64,000 bases of DNA, from the NCBI GenBank assembly GCA_977030845.1, contig OZ365112.1, positions 18,662,001 to 18,726,000 of the forward strand. Direction: 5' to 3'. Within the stretch, counting starts at the first letter, position 1; every line of letters begins with the position of its first letter. A model generated the notes under the pieces. It saw only the letters and a program-made list of their open reading frames with translations. It was not told the origin of the DNA and made no database searches. A program made the position numbers and the translations under genes. Below, piece after piece: positions 1 through 13,600 of this stretch. This DNA is from Fimbriosthenelais zetlandica (Eukaryota).

Positions 1-2503
1 TGATATAAGCCTGGTAAAGTTAACATAAAGCTGGGTTTCTATTTATGTATGTAGGCAGAGCTAAGTATGGTCTTGCATGTAGTGAGATGTAACAAGCTGT
101 AAGCTGAAGCTGAGGCGGGTCTGACTGTGGGCAGAAGTAGCCGTGATGCTTGACAGGCCGACATCAAAGCCAGGCTGATTGGCGGTGGTGGTGGCAGTAT
201 CATCTTCCTCACAAGCCTCGCCAATCAATCCCCTCTCCCTCGCCCCTTCCCCACCACTCCCTACATCATTTATTTGTGGATTCCTGTACTTATGCCGAGG
301 AATTAATCAGGTGTGAAACACGCCCTAGGTGGGAAGAAGGAGATCGACACCTGGTAAAGATTGTCAATAGTTAAAAGGTGAGCAGGCCTTTTACTTGTCA
401 TATTCAATAAAAGAGTAGCTCAGAAAGAGATTTTTTTTGTTTCTTAAAGATAGTTCTGTGTTCTTTTGTTTTCATATTTCTACTTTTTGAGGGGACGTCA
501 TCATACAGAGAGGGCATTTATGAAAGGATGAACACTTATATAAGTGAGTTAATGATTGATTAATGTTCAGTACTGAATCAATCCACGTCAGGGGTACAGT
601 ATAGTAGATATGTGAGTGTGCTATACCACCATTATAATGGCTGGGGGTATTTTGTGAGTAATGACACATTTTATACAGATGGTGCTTATCGAGACAGATG
701 GATGTACCAGTATAATATGAGCCTGGAATTGGGTGTACCAGTTTGACCCCGACAAAGTCAAGTCAGTGATATATGTAGCCAAGTATCCGGGATCCATACT
801 CCCGCCATGTCACACACAGACTTCTCCCACCACCTCTCCCCTGGCCTGAGGTCGGGAACACTCTATTCTGTCTAGGACCCCAGATATGGGTCTTTAGAGT
901 TCTGATCGGACTTGGTTGAGAACACTTCAGTGGGATTTAGATCTCATGTTTCATACCAGCTTTCATCGCCTTGGCTAGTCTGGTGTAGACATGTCTCTAT
1001 ACAAACTGTCTCCTCTGATACTTAAATAAAGATCCTGTGTCTCCATCAACTTTATCAATATACTCTAGATAAAGACGTTTATCAAGCCAGATATGATATG
1101 ATGTCCCTATTCAATGATAGAGAGATTTCAATGAGATTATGGGATTGCTATTTTACTCTCATGTGCATGAATTTTGGGGGAACCTTTATTAAAGAGTGAA
1201 AGTCAATATTCCCCATTTTAAATATATACCCTGGAGGTACTTCACAAACACATTAGTCACGAGTCTGTACCGTTTAGATAGCTCATACATATCTCTTTAG
1301 GTTTCAAGCACATATGTACATATTACACACTTGCACACTGATCGATATTTACCGAGACAACCCGAGTAGCGGCATGCTGATTGAAGTCTGTAATCGGCAG
1401 CCTTATTAATGGATTACAAAGCCCCATTCTCCATGCATTGCAGCACTATAACAGTCGACGCTGATTCACGCAAAGACTCCCAAAGGCAGATTAATGCAAT
1501 AAAAACCAGATTATCTTTTCATTTACATTCTTCTTCCAAAGGAATAGGGAGGGATAGGGCCAGGAATTGCACTATTCATTTTTTTCCTGATCAGCAGACT
1601 GCTTCATTATCCAGCAATGTTATCAATGCAGGCCAAATGATAAGTTAGACGCAGATTTATCACTCATCTATTCATATCATATCTCATGACTAATACTATT
1701 AATTGTTTGATAAACTATTTCTCGCCATGAATATAGCCTTAGCAGCTGGCATGGCGTTAAGTCACCATTCATTCATTCATTTCATGACTAATACACCTCA
1801 ATCACTGGTGAATATGTATCCACTATAACTGAGGTAAGCCTGTTCCCCTCAATCCATGAAGGAGCAGAGCTACTCCCATCACATTCTGCCATATATATGC
1901 AACATTCCTCCTCTCAATAGTAGATATACCGGTACGCTGATGAAACTGTTATCTCTTTCATAAAGAGGAACATACCGGTATATTGAACTGATATGAAAGT
2001 GGGGTTCAATTTCCACAAGGGTAAACAATTCTAGGGTTTCCTATCCACTCATCTGTCTTTAGCCTCAGTGGATGTATGGAATGTGATACCTCACCTAGCA
2101 TGGGGTGCACATAGATCATCAGATTGTTTGTGATTGAATGGGGTTTAACGTCACTTTTGAACTAGATCATCAGATGATGATATTGAGTAGTGTGACAGAT
2201 GACTCATGGCATGACAAGTAGTGTAGATAGATTCTCTACTGCCCGTTATGGCTTACTGTTTACTATAGGGTGAAAAGGGGCGGGGTAGGGGAAGTGGGAG
2301 GGGGCATTAGGGGATTCCGTAACCCAGTTTTTCCTCGTTGCCTGATGATTCATACCAACCCTCATCGGGAAGGCTGCCCCTTAATACACCTTAACCATTT
2401 CCTGAATATTTCATGCGATCCTCCTGTGTTTGAAGGAAAAGCTACACACACAGAATGTGAAATGTTCAAATCAGATTCATGAATGAAAATAAAGTCAACT
2501 CAC

Positions 2504-3496
2504 GGTAAGTCTTCCATACTGGCATGCGTAAGACATCATCACCTGCAATATAAGTTAAACCGATCATATTAGAGCAAATATAAATGTACCGGTACCTGAA
2601 TGTAAATGCTTTTAATTTATAAACTGTGTACATTCAGAGGGTATGAAATACTCATTAGGCATAAAGGCATGTTCAAGATATATTGTAGACTATCGACGTA
2701 AAAATAATCCAGCATAAATTTGCCATAGCCTACAGTTATAGTCTATAGGCCCACCACATTTTCATGGATCTTAATTAGAAAAAGTCCTATAAGTTAGTAT
2801 AATTATTTAATTTGTGGTAAATTAGTTCATTAATTGGTGTATCCAAATAAGAGTCCTAATTAAATTTAATATTTTATTAAATCTCTCTCAGGTCCCTGAA
2901 AAACAGAACTAGGTAATACTAATAGAGTAATAGTTTATGACAGATCTTTAACATTTAATCTTTTAGAGAAAACATACATGGGGCTTACACTTTGTTAGAG
3001 AACTGTGCTCAGGTTCTGACTTGTGAATAAGAGCAGAAGCTGGGCTAAAGTCACTATATAACCCCGGGTGACGTGACTACATGGTTAAAGCATATGATGG
3101 AGAGTAGCTGGAGCAGGAACTGTCAACCTCCTCCACTCCATGCTGCGCCAGGCTTGAGCTGGCAAGCCAGCAGCTGTCACCAGGCTGACCAGCGAGACAC
3201 TGCCACTCTCATTTTAGACATCACCGACTCGTCAAACATGTCTATTTTCCCACGAGCAATGCGGCTCCAACTCGGCCTTTAAGATCACTTTTCGTATTAA
3301 ATACCGGTGCCTGGGGAGAATGTTTGGGTATGAGGAAAGCGCTTGTTTTGACACGGTCGGGAGCAAGCCTGGGACTCTCCTTCTCCCCATCACGGCAGCA
3401 GTCCCCATCCTCAAGGCAAGCCAGCCAACCTGCCACCCCACCGGCCCAATAAAAAACCTCAAAAACACCACGCTTACCATGCCTGTCCGACGCCAT
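2504..3496 (-). other. Candidate 5' exons of an unidentified gene divergent from LMBR1
   Basis: Minus strand: ATG GCG TCG GAC AGG CAT G|gtaagc (3496-3478) and a 39-nt segment ttgcag|GTGATG...ACTTACC|gtgagt (2542-2504) join in phase 1 to give MASDRHGDDVLRMPVWKTY. No protein family recognised and no convincing continuation found. Confidence 0.25.
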
Positions 3497-4061
3497 CGTG
3501 GAGAAATGATTCCTTGATCATCGGACTACCGCCACATCTCATCTGGAAGATCTCCGTGGTCTGAATCCATCAAATAACTCGAGAAAATACTAGGTGTCAA
3601 ATCCCGTATGATCCGAGGTATCCTCCATACTTGATCATGACGTCATTTCCTATGTTGTTGGTGGTACCCTCTGCTGGCAAAATTGAGAAACACTGGAGAT
3701 AAGAAAAGCTTACCGGCACTCTAAAAGCCGATGAATTCTAATAAATATTCCGAAATTCGATAAATATAGAGTGTAAAATAATGTAGATCACATTTTCTCA
3801 TCTACGAGTTGAAAGAGAAACAAGAGGAAGACTGGAGAAAGTGTTACTGAGGCGCTAAATGTAGGCCGATTATTCGCCTAGTGAGAAAATGGTGAACTAG
3901 AGAGTGGCGTTGTAACGGTTATGGACCGGTTACATCTCGCACCCAGGGTGTTGCGTTGAAAAATGGCGAATTGTTGAGCCTGGCTCTGAGTGGAGACCCA
4001 GAATTCTGAGGAAATCTGTCTATCATGGATCGATCTATGTCACTATAGCTGATCAACAGAC
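3480..4061. promoter_or_regulatory. CpG-enriched putative (bidirectional) promoter region upstream of LMBR1
   Basis: Locally elevated CpG content directly upstream of the LMBR1 ATG at 4062; minus-strand GTAAGC donors at 3708-3713 and 3472-3477 point away from it. Confidence 0.45.
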
Positions 4062-7000
4062 ATGGAGGATGATATGGACGATGTGGATGTTCGAGAAGCA
4101 GTATTTCACAACGTGGTTAGAGAATGCATCGTAAGTATAAGGCGCCGAGAGTTCATTGTTTATGTTGGTAGACCTTACTATAGTATAGGCATTTATAAGC
4201 CGATGGCATGGGTAGGGCAGAGTCTATTTATCCAGTTTATCTTTAAAAAATCCTGATCAAATTCTGGCTATTATCCACCTCGTGTCTCATAATTTAAATG
4301 AAGCCCAAATGTGTGATAGCCGTCACAGTTTAGTGTTGCATAAATGTATAATAATGTGTGACTGAGTGTGACCTATTCAATAATTTTGTGGTACCGTACC
4401 ATACTTAATTTACTAAGAAATATTTGTAAATTACTGTACTGTGTATAGATCTTATGCTCTAAATTATGGTGATGTGTCTGTGACATTGAATTTCCGTTTT
4501 TAAAGTGATGATTGGCATCATTTCGTGTACTACAGTCTACACAAATTCTGTAGACCTGTACTAGGCTGTAGTGTAGTGTATAAGGGGGGACCCTGGGCAT
4601 AGTAAAGAAAGTAGGTTATAGTCTGCTTAAATTTAGCTACATGGACTTAAGCCCAACATCACTGGGGGGTTAACAGACCGTGTATTAACAACAAAGGACC
4701 GTGTTTGGGAGAATCAGGCCGTCCAATACTGGTTAGCTAGAGATGGATGAGTGTTAGTTTCTAAATGAAAGTCATATAACGAAATTTGTAACTTTATATC
4801 TTTACTCCCTACTTCTCAGAAATAAGAAACCATGAATATTTTCACTTTCACGTTAATGATTGAATTAAGAGCTAACCAAGTCAATTACCTACATGTAGTA
4901 GGAAATAGGAGTGAATACACATTCCAGGTGTTTTTATTTTACCTCATTAGTGCGCCATGTTAAAACCAGCACAGCCACTTAATGGCCAGCTTTTTATCAG
5001 GTTCTAACCTCGAGTTGATCATTAGTACACGGTGCAAGGGAAGATGTTTTCCAAGTGGGTGTGTATGTTTTGATAGGAGGGACATTTTAGCAGTCGATAT
5101 GTCGAGCATGCCATGTTACTTTTAGGAGGCTGGGCAGCGTTCCAAAAAGACTGAAAAACACTCACAGACTTCTCCATCAGTCCCAGCTCATGTTAGTTTC
5201 TTACAACCACCTGACTCTACCACTCTTTACTCGCACCCTGTATTGATGTAAATAACACTAGTCTATTGTGCCACATGTTTTTGGCTTGAATCCAGGGGAA
5301 TGGATTCGCCCTAAAGGGAGAATGTCCCCTATCTTGAGTAATTCGGTTACAGATTTGATATAGGCTGAGTCAAATTGAAGTAGACTTCTTCAAGTTCATT
5401 ATTCAGGCTCTTGTAATTTGTCACCGCCCTTATAGCTTGTGCTGAAGTTCTTGCTTGGAGTGGATAGTGGAGGTTGAATGTGTGGCATAGCTACTTCTGC
5501 TCGGAGAAGGAGCCTGTCAGCATGACTGCTAAGTTTGTTATGCATTCACTTGCTCTGTTTGTTCTTGGACGACTCTATGTTAGATTGAGGAGGAAGGAAC
5601 TGGTACAGAGTGGCCCACTTTCATCCTGCTATGAATAGTTGGCATCTCTCTATCAGTGTTTGTTGAACAGTTCATAGTAGATCGTACGAATAAAATTGTT
5701 GATGAAAATGCGACTGATACTTGGTGACTTAAAAAGTATCGCTTACTGATAAAAGTAAAATAACACTGGAAAAATAAGTCCACGTGGCTTTCTCTGATTG
5801 TTAGTCTAGTTAGTAATTGCTCACGAGGTTTTTGGTTACATAGTCAGCATGACTTGCCTTGATATCAAATGGGGAAGTCTGGACCTGTATTTGCACGTAT
5901 TGACCTTTGGCACTTACCATGTCTTAGAAAAAATGGAGCTCACACCTGATTAGCTCAAATCATCTGGTACTCTATGACTCATAGTACGTCTGGTTTGATG
6001 GCACAGAAAGGAAGATTGATCCTATTCTGATGCATGAACATCTTCATCTGAATGGTGATATAAAAGAATTGATATCCACATGTATACATAATACTCCACA
6101 TGGGCTAACTGTTACTAAATAAAAATTTGAAACATCTTTTTCCTGCCCTGACATTTCAGATCTGGCTGCTCCTGTTTATGATGCTCTATGTCTGCTCGTA
6201 TGCCACAATTTGTGCTTTTAGGAGGAGAAAGGAACAAGAGGACTGCCTCTCGGGTAATATAGACCTGCCTTAAAACAACACCTTGATTATGATAAACATG
6301 TCCTTTTTAAATGCATTCTTTACAAGTCTAACGTTTTTTATGTTGTATGATGATCTCCAGACTGAATTCCTTGGAGAATTAAAATGATAGCCTCAAGAAA
6401 GTATTATGTATATCTTTCATGAAGACGAAATATAGATGTGTGAATTTGGTCGGATATGAAGTCATTTTCTCTTCTAATGTCATTGTATCTTTGATGTTTT
6501 CTAGCGGACACTGACGATGCATTCGTATATCGAATTTCGTGAGTATAAAACCTTTGCAATTTTATCTTGCCTATACTTAAATCAATTCTCAAAAGGGATT
6601 GGCAGTATTGAAGGAGCTATACGTTCATATTACTGATGTTTATGGGTATCCGTTGTTCTATAGCGGGTTCTTTTATCCCTTTCATATCCTTGAATAATGG
6701 TTTTTCTTTGTGGCAGGTTGTGGATATGTACGTTCACCCTGGCGGTGTCGGGTGGGGCCGTCCTTCTCCTTCCTATCTCCATCGTGGCCAATGAGTTGCT
6801 CGTCATGTCACCCAAATCATATTACCTGAAATGGGTCAACTCATCCCTCATCCATGGTCAGTGTTAAAGCGCTCCTTCCTCCTTCCTTCTTATTTCATTA
6901 TATTCTTTCCTATTTGTGGTATTTTCTTGTATTCAACTTGTAACACAGTACACATGTACTTCCTTTCTTCTTTGTGAATTGTCAACTTTCAATATCTTTG

Positions 7001-9952
7001 AATGTCTATCTCGAATGTCGGTTGTAATTCACAGCATGACAAATTATTATATGTAGCATCCTCCATTTTCCTATGTACATCATGTATGTTGATTTTAATT
7101 TGTTTCAAAATGCCGTGTCTCATGTCTCATTCTAGGGTTATGGAGTTTGATATTTCTCGCATCCAACCTGTGTCTCTTCATCCTGATGCCATTTGCATAT
7201 CTCTTCACAGAGTCTGAGGGATTCCCAGGATCCAAGAGGGTCTGTTTCCCTTCTCTCACCTTATGAATACCTTAATGAATGATCATGTCAATCACTTTTC
7301 TGTTAAAATTATATATTACATCTTTGCCTGCCATTTCACTGCTTTCCCATTCGGTTTTCTGATAAATTGATCTTGTAGATACACCAGTAATTGTCATTAT
7401 GTATCTATATATGAGGGGTATCTCTGTAGTTGGTATATTTGGCTTGTTACAGGGTATAATGCCCCGCGTGTATGAGACGGCTGTAGTCCTATTCCTCATC
7501 ACTATCACAGTGTGTGGCCTGGCCTGGGTCTTCTCTGCTATATTTGATGGTGATGCCTCCAGTAGACAGGTCTTCTTCGGTAAGCATGTCTTTTCACAAT
7601 CCTCTTCTTCCTCCTACATTCAGTTTCTAAGCCTAATCCCATGGAAAATGATCAGTGTTTTCTATGACATTGTGTTCAACTCTTCGTTTTTTATTCAGAT
7701 GTATGGAACCATCACCTACCTTACATATATTCGTGTATATCATTACTTGGTGTGCTGATGCTGCTAAGTAAGTATGCCTATCTTTGTCTTCATAACCTCA
7801 TCATCTGCTGCATAATATAAAACAATACTAAAGATAAACATGCATAGAATCTATGAATTTAACTTCAAATGAATTTAGTTAATTATAGTTTTTTATTTTA
7901 ATGTCAAATTTTGTACCTTTCAGTTTGTACACCAGTCGGCTTCGCTAGGTTATTCACTGTGATTGGGGAATTGGTTGTCAAACCTAAGGTAAGGAAAACG
8001 TAAATTTTTAATGTTGTATTTGTCCCAGTCTAATAAGACAAATTATGCTTGTTTTGCTCTGAACATTGCTCTAAAAGTCTAATGATTAAATGTAAAATAT
8101 CTCTTCGTTTTGCAGTTCTTAAGAGATATCAATGAGGAGCTATACTCGGTGTGGTTTGAAGAAGATGCCCTCCGGCGAAGAATACGCCGTTCCAACGGAC
8201 AGGGCAAACTGTCCAATGGTCACAGTAGCCTTACAGAATTACAAAAGAAGCTTAGTGAAATTCAACATGATAGACAAGAATTAGGTGCGTCCAATTTTTA
8301 TACCTTCTCACTTCAATATTTTTACTCACCTGTTCATAATCTCACATAAAATGTATGGTCTTTTATGTTATGAATAATCGTGAGTTTTAATATCTAATTT
8401 ACAGAAAAAAGACGCCAAATATCTTCTTTGCGAAGAAACCTAGGCTACCCTTTAGTAATGCTACTCGTCTTAGCATTAACAGTAAGTACTTAGAACTATT
8501 CTTTATCATTGTATGGTTCGTTCTTAGAGGAGATTAACTGTCGATATTTCAGCCCAAAGTTCTCAGTCAAACAAAGTCAGCTGTTTGCGGTTAAAGCATG
8601 TGTAAGGTATAGAGAGATGTGGCAATCTGTCATGTGGTAAGACTGGTAGAGTGACTTATATATAGAAGGATTCCCGGTGTGCTGTGGACCATATCGGGTA
8701 TGCCCATGTAAACAAGGTCAAGCTTGTATAATCACGCTTCTTTTTGATCTTGATCAAATTTTAACACAGCATCTTTATCACAGAATCAGTTTTGGTTTTC
8801 TATGTTAATTTAAATAAACCCACAGAAATGGATCACATATTCATTATTTAGCAGACATGTATGCCACATACCTAGCATCATAGTTTACTTGTGAATTGAT
8901 GGCTGTTAATTTTTCATTAACATGAATCTTGCTTTGCTTGCCTTTCCCCAGGCCATCTCTGTGCTGATGGTTCTACAAAACAGTTTCGCTTTATTGATAG
9001 GAATAAAAGCTCTACCCAAAGGGGCCAAGGTAAGACAAAACTCAGGCATTTACACGAGAAAAGAAACCGTGTTGGACTACATGATACATCTGCAATCTTT
9101 AATTGGAATGAAGACACTTATACCAAGAATTAACTCAGTCTAATGTCTAAAATCTAATGTCCATGTATGTTTCAGGAGATCGTTCTAGGGATATCTTCTC
9201 TCTCTGCTCTGGGACCGCTAGGAGCTGGTCTTGAAGTGACACTCATATTGTATCCTTAACAAAAGTATCAGTTCTCAATACCTGAGGTATAAATACTCCT
9301 TGATGATGCTGTTGGTATTGACAGCTGTTTCAAAATAGAGTGCCTTTTTGGAGGACATAAAAAGGATAGTAGGAAAAACATTATATATGATGTGTTCTCA
9401 GTAAGGAGTTATCAGCCTTGACTGTCTCTCAGCTATCTAATGTTAGCCTCAGTGGTAGGATTCTTCTCTCTACCGTTTTTCAGCCGTCTTACGCCTGTAC
9501 TACATGACACGCCCATGACGACCATTATCGCCATTGGAGCAGTCATTCTCATCATGAGTAGTGCCCTGCCTGTTTTGTCCAGAACTCTGGGTAAATTGTT
9601 TATTTATTTATCTTATGAATTTATATTAATCATGACATAATTGCCTGGAGTTATTTCCCATATCTAACGTTAGACTGAGCACATTGTCTTTACCTGTTTG
9701 CATCTTGCTTTAGGAATCACCAATTTTGACCTGCTGGGTAACTTTGGTAGCATGGAGTGGCTGGGAAACTTCTACATCATTCTCTTCTACAACATCGTCT
9801 TTACCGTGGCTACCACCATCAGCCTCGTTACCAAATTCACATCAACCATGCGCAACGAAATCTACAACAGATTTGAGGCGTTCTTCCGCCGTGAGAGGCG
9901 ACATACTTCATTCTCCGCCAACGGAAGCAACTTACATATCAAGGACGAGTGA
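4062..9952 (+). CDS. LMBR1: Limb region 1 (LMBR1/LMBR1L-family) multi-pass membrane protein, 498 aa
   Basis: Exons 4062-4130, 6160-6253, 6505-6538, 6717-6856, 7136-7239, 7453-7579, 7699-7767, 7924-7988, 8116-8284, 8405-8481, 8952-9029, 9176-9249, 9433-9590, 9714-9952 (1497 nt, phases consistent). Peptides TFTLAVSGGAVLLLPISIVANE, LMPFAYLFTESEGF, CTPVGFARLFTV, SSALPVLSRTLGITNFDLLGNFG and WLGNFYIILFYN match the LMBR1 family. Confidence 0.96.
9250..9432 (+). other. U12-type (minor spliceosome) GT-AG intron in LMBR1
   Basis: 5' splice site GTATCCTTAAC; branch sequence CCTTGAC at 9416-9422, 8 nt before the AG at 9431-9432; splicing restores TT|C TAT CTA ATG (F-Y-L-M). Confidence 0.88.
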
Positions 9953-10513
9953 TGAGAAACAGGACAGATATTATTCCTTATGTAAAGGTCAGTCACGTAT
10001 AATGTAAATGAGCCAGCTGAACTGAAGGTTCATTGAACCTACTAGTGTATATATGTGAATGGTCAATCCATGCCAATATCACCTAGATACTTAAACGTAG
10101 TGTTAGATATAAAGGTAGGCAATTCAGAGAGAGTAGATACTTAATGGAAGCAAAGCAAAACTTCCATAAACATCAGTTAGAATGATGAGTTAGAAGTTAG
10201 AACAAGTTATAGGGAAGTGAAAGGTGGGCGTTGCAAAATGATTGACTTAATCAGTGGGACTAAATGGGAGAATGCAACAATATCAATAATGAAACTGGGT
10301 TTGTCCATATATGTGATATGTATATTGGGGTGGCTGATGACAACACAGTACAAGCATTTACAATTCATGTCTGTTAGACATCAAATCTTAATGCAAGTCT
10401 TCAGACAGCGACTGTTAGGACCATTTTTATATGAGAGTGGGATGATTTTGTTAGGATGAGTTCTTTCCTCCAAGTTTCTCTGACTTAGTATTTACACTGC
10501 GTTCAGTGGATTA

Positions 10514-10638
10514 GTGAGTACACGTTGTCGCCTGGTGAATGAGGTGTATGTACTGTCAGTAAAGTCATCTCTTCTGGTTCTAGTCATAGAGCGGGATAAC
10601 CAAGAGGTGCCATACTCTACCAGCGACAACTGGCTCAC
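10514..10638 (+). other. Long imperfect inverted repeat/hairpin downstream of the LMBR1 stop (probable 3' UTR)
   Basis: GTGAG..GTTGTCGC.CTGGT..GTATG pairs with CATAC..ACCA.GCGACAAC..CTCAC; inner stem CATCTCTT(CT)GGTT / AACCAAGAGGTG. Confidence 0.5.
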
Positions 10639-13600
10639 GTTCATTCCCCCCATTTACTCTTCTCTCATAAACAGAAACTGAACACGTCACCTAAAATAAT
10701 TCTGATGTATTTCTTGAGGACACACAAATATTGATATTAGACACTTCGTCCTTGATTTTGTAAATTGATATGGATATAATATTGAATGGAATAGGAATGG
10801 ATAAAGATGGATTTGTGTGGTCGGTCTCAAGGGTAAGGAATAATGTAGTATATCGCTTGCATTTTTTAAAATCATTTCAGCTGAATTTGTTTTAATGGGA
10901 TCATCGAGCTGAACAAGTACTCTCATACAGTTTCATTTCTTTGATTGACATTTCCATTAGAGTGATATTCTCTAGGAGACTTACTTTGTTTATTAGGATG
11001 ATGTGGTGTCTGATGTTTACTGTATATTTCCCACGTCCATTTAGCTCCAGGGACCAGATAACATTAATATGTGCCTCCGTGTGTATGTGAGGGGGAGATA
11101 ACCGGTGCATTAAGTGAGGAGTTGTGCCTAATCACTGTAGGTGTAGGTCGATGAGGATGTGTATATCTCATGGCCTGTAACATAATGAATTCACATGACT
11201 ACTGTGTTGAAACTATTTCTAATCGCTGATGGGGTATCGAAAAGTTGTCTAACGAATATCCAGATGTCTAAATGAACTATTTGGTACCAAAGGGGATACC
11301 TGTGCTTGTATGCAGGCTTTCCAAATACTGCATATACATGAAAGTTCTGTTAAACGTACACTTGAAACTGATTCCGGTTTCAGAACGTAAACGTGGATAA
11401 ATTGTCTTTTTAGTAGTGTAATTATATTAGACGGGACTTGTTGACCATTCATGTAATGGTTAAAGCTGTAAATGGTGGGTAGTGAGCACCTTGAGATGGG
11501 GATAGATTATAATACTTACACGTGTAGGTGAGAGGCTGGCCGTCAGGTGGCACTGTATCAGTATTTGCAGCATTCTTGCCCCCGCTGCCCATTGTCTTGT
11601 GTATATACTGCCAATCAGTGAGGGAATACCTGTAACATAACTCGGTTGTTAATACCAATGGACACTAGATTCAGACAGTTCTTTTGTCCTGTGTTTGCTC
11701 AGCAATTGATGTATGTAAATATGTTCTCTTTCATGTGAGCCTGGCTAATATTTTGTGTAGTGTAAAGATATGTGTAGATATTATGAGGTATTATAATTGT
11801 CTTCAGTATTATTCGTGCCTCTGTAAGGCTGATTGTGCGTCTTGTCTATATGTCGTGTTACTAATGGAGGGGGTTGGAGGGTGTGATAAAATATGTGATA
11901 ATCCACTCTCATATTTGTGGATGGTAACTAATTAAACTGGTCATATGCACACTGCTCTCTACACATTCCATGTTCCTGAACATTTCTTTTACTACCCCCT
12001 CGCCGTCAGAGTTATGTTATCAGCCCGATTGGGCTTGGTTAAATTTCCTACTAGACTGTTTTAATGCCAAAGGCTTTTCTTTCACAAAATGTGAACTATG
12101 TTTGAGTCGTTCAGTTTTGCGGGTTTCTGATAGTTACAGATGAATAATAATTTGCTGATTTCTCTGTCAAGTTATTGTTGAACGCCCAGTCCTTGTTAAT
12201 GTGTATCTCTTGTGATTTATAGCGTTTTACGCCGTTTGTCTAGTTAAGGGAAATGAATACTCTCTACATTCAGAATGAGTTTGAGCCTAGTTGAACATAT
12301 TATATAATTTTCTGTAATATTGTCATCAGATATAACATGACTAGCGTAACCGCTTTAGTATTAGAACAGAGGTAATAAAGGCTTCCTATTATACATACAT
12401 GTATGTAACAATGTGCTGCCCCAAACAATAGACCTCAATTGACAATGTTCTCCTTAATGGGAGAAAGTGAAATGATACCTTGAATCTGCATATAGAAATA
12501 CAACAAGGCCAATGCATGTTATTCAAACACTCCAACGACGGAATAATAGTGAAATAAATATATTAAAAATAATAGCTGAATTATGTTATCAAAAATATCC
12601 TCTCACTATCCCCCTTCCCTTCACTCATAGAACCACCACAGGTATTACACATAATGATCCCATCAAACAATGCTCCTCTGCCATAACTCTGGCGTCACCA
12701 AACGCTTGTATGGCGTCATCAAACGTAACAGACATCAAACGCAAACTAGAATCCTCACAGACAATATGAAAACAAACATCTCAACCATTAATGATTTATT
12801 ATCATTTAGATGTGTAAATAACTTATGATAGCCATATTAGCTGATGTAAATAATGATCCTCATAGTGTTCCCCATACAAAACCCCAGTAGTTGACACAAC
12901 AAAATGTAAGGGCAATCACTTTAAATATATCCTGGAAAAACTGGAAAATATGTACAATTCCATTCATATCTAAGTAATGTGAAAGTACATCGATCGGATT
13001 CTCTGTACAACACTCAGGATGCCTTTCATCATACAAAACCAGAGAAACCAAGTTAATACGGGATGAGAAGTACTTGCATACATGTAGCGGGAATGAAAGT
13101 GGCACGAGTTAGGAAGCAGCTAAATACAGATTCAGGGCCAACATAAGGCCTGGAGAAACCATTTAATGTGTTAAATTTGCACAAGAAACTCTTAAATTGC
13201 ACAAGAAACAAGTACATAAACTTCTTTCAATGTTTCAATGTCCGTAAATGCCTATAAATCTAACAAAGGTTTCAGGAGTGAAGTATTTCTTGTTTCAATC
13301 TCAGAATAATCGTCTATCAATCAGCAGAGTGTGATAAACTAGATTAAAGTACCAGGATTAGCAAACAGATGATGGAACAGACCGCTAAAGTGGTAGGGGT
13401 CTAAGCATTCTTTTCCTCAAACCTGTCTCAATCAGACTAGTTTAATCTTAATTTCAACCAACAAATATAACCAACGATACACTGACAATTTCATGGAAAT
13501 ACCCGGGTCATAATTTCACTGTTATATCTATTATTTGGGAATAAATTAATAATAAAATACATTGAATCCATTATCTAGTCATCGCTCACATAAAATCCAA

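Noticed and set aside
3665-3680. CTCF-like CCAGCAGAGGGTAC (minus), and similar partial matches near 31965 and 51050
   Set aside because: Imperfect matches to a degenerate motif; cannot be supported without ChIP data.
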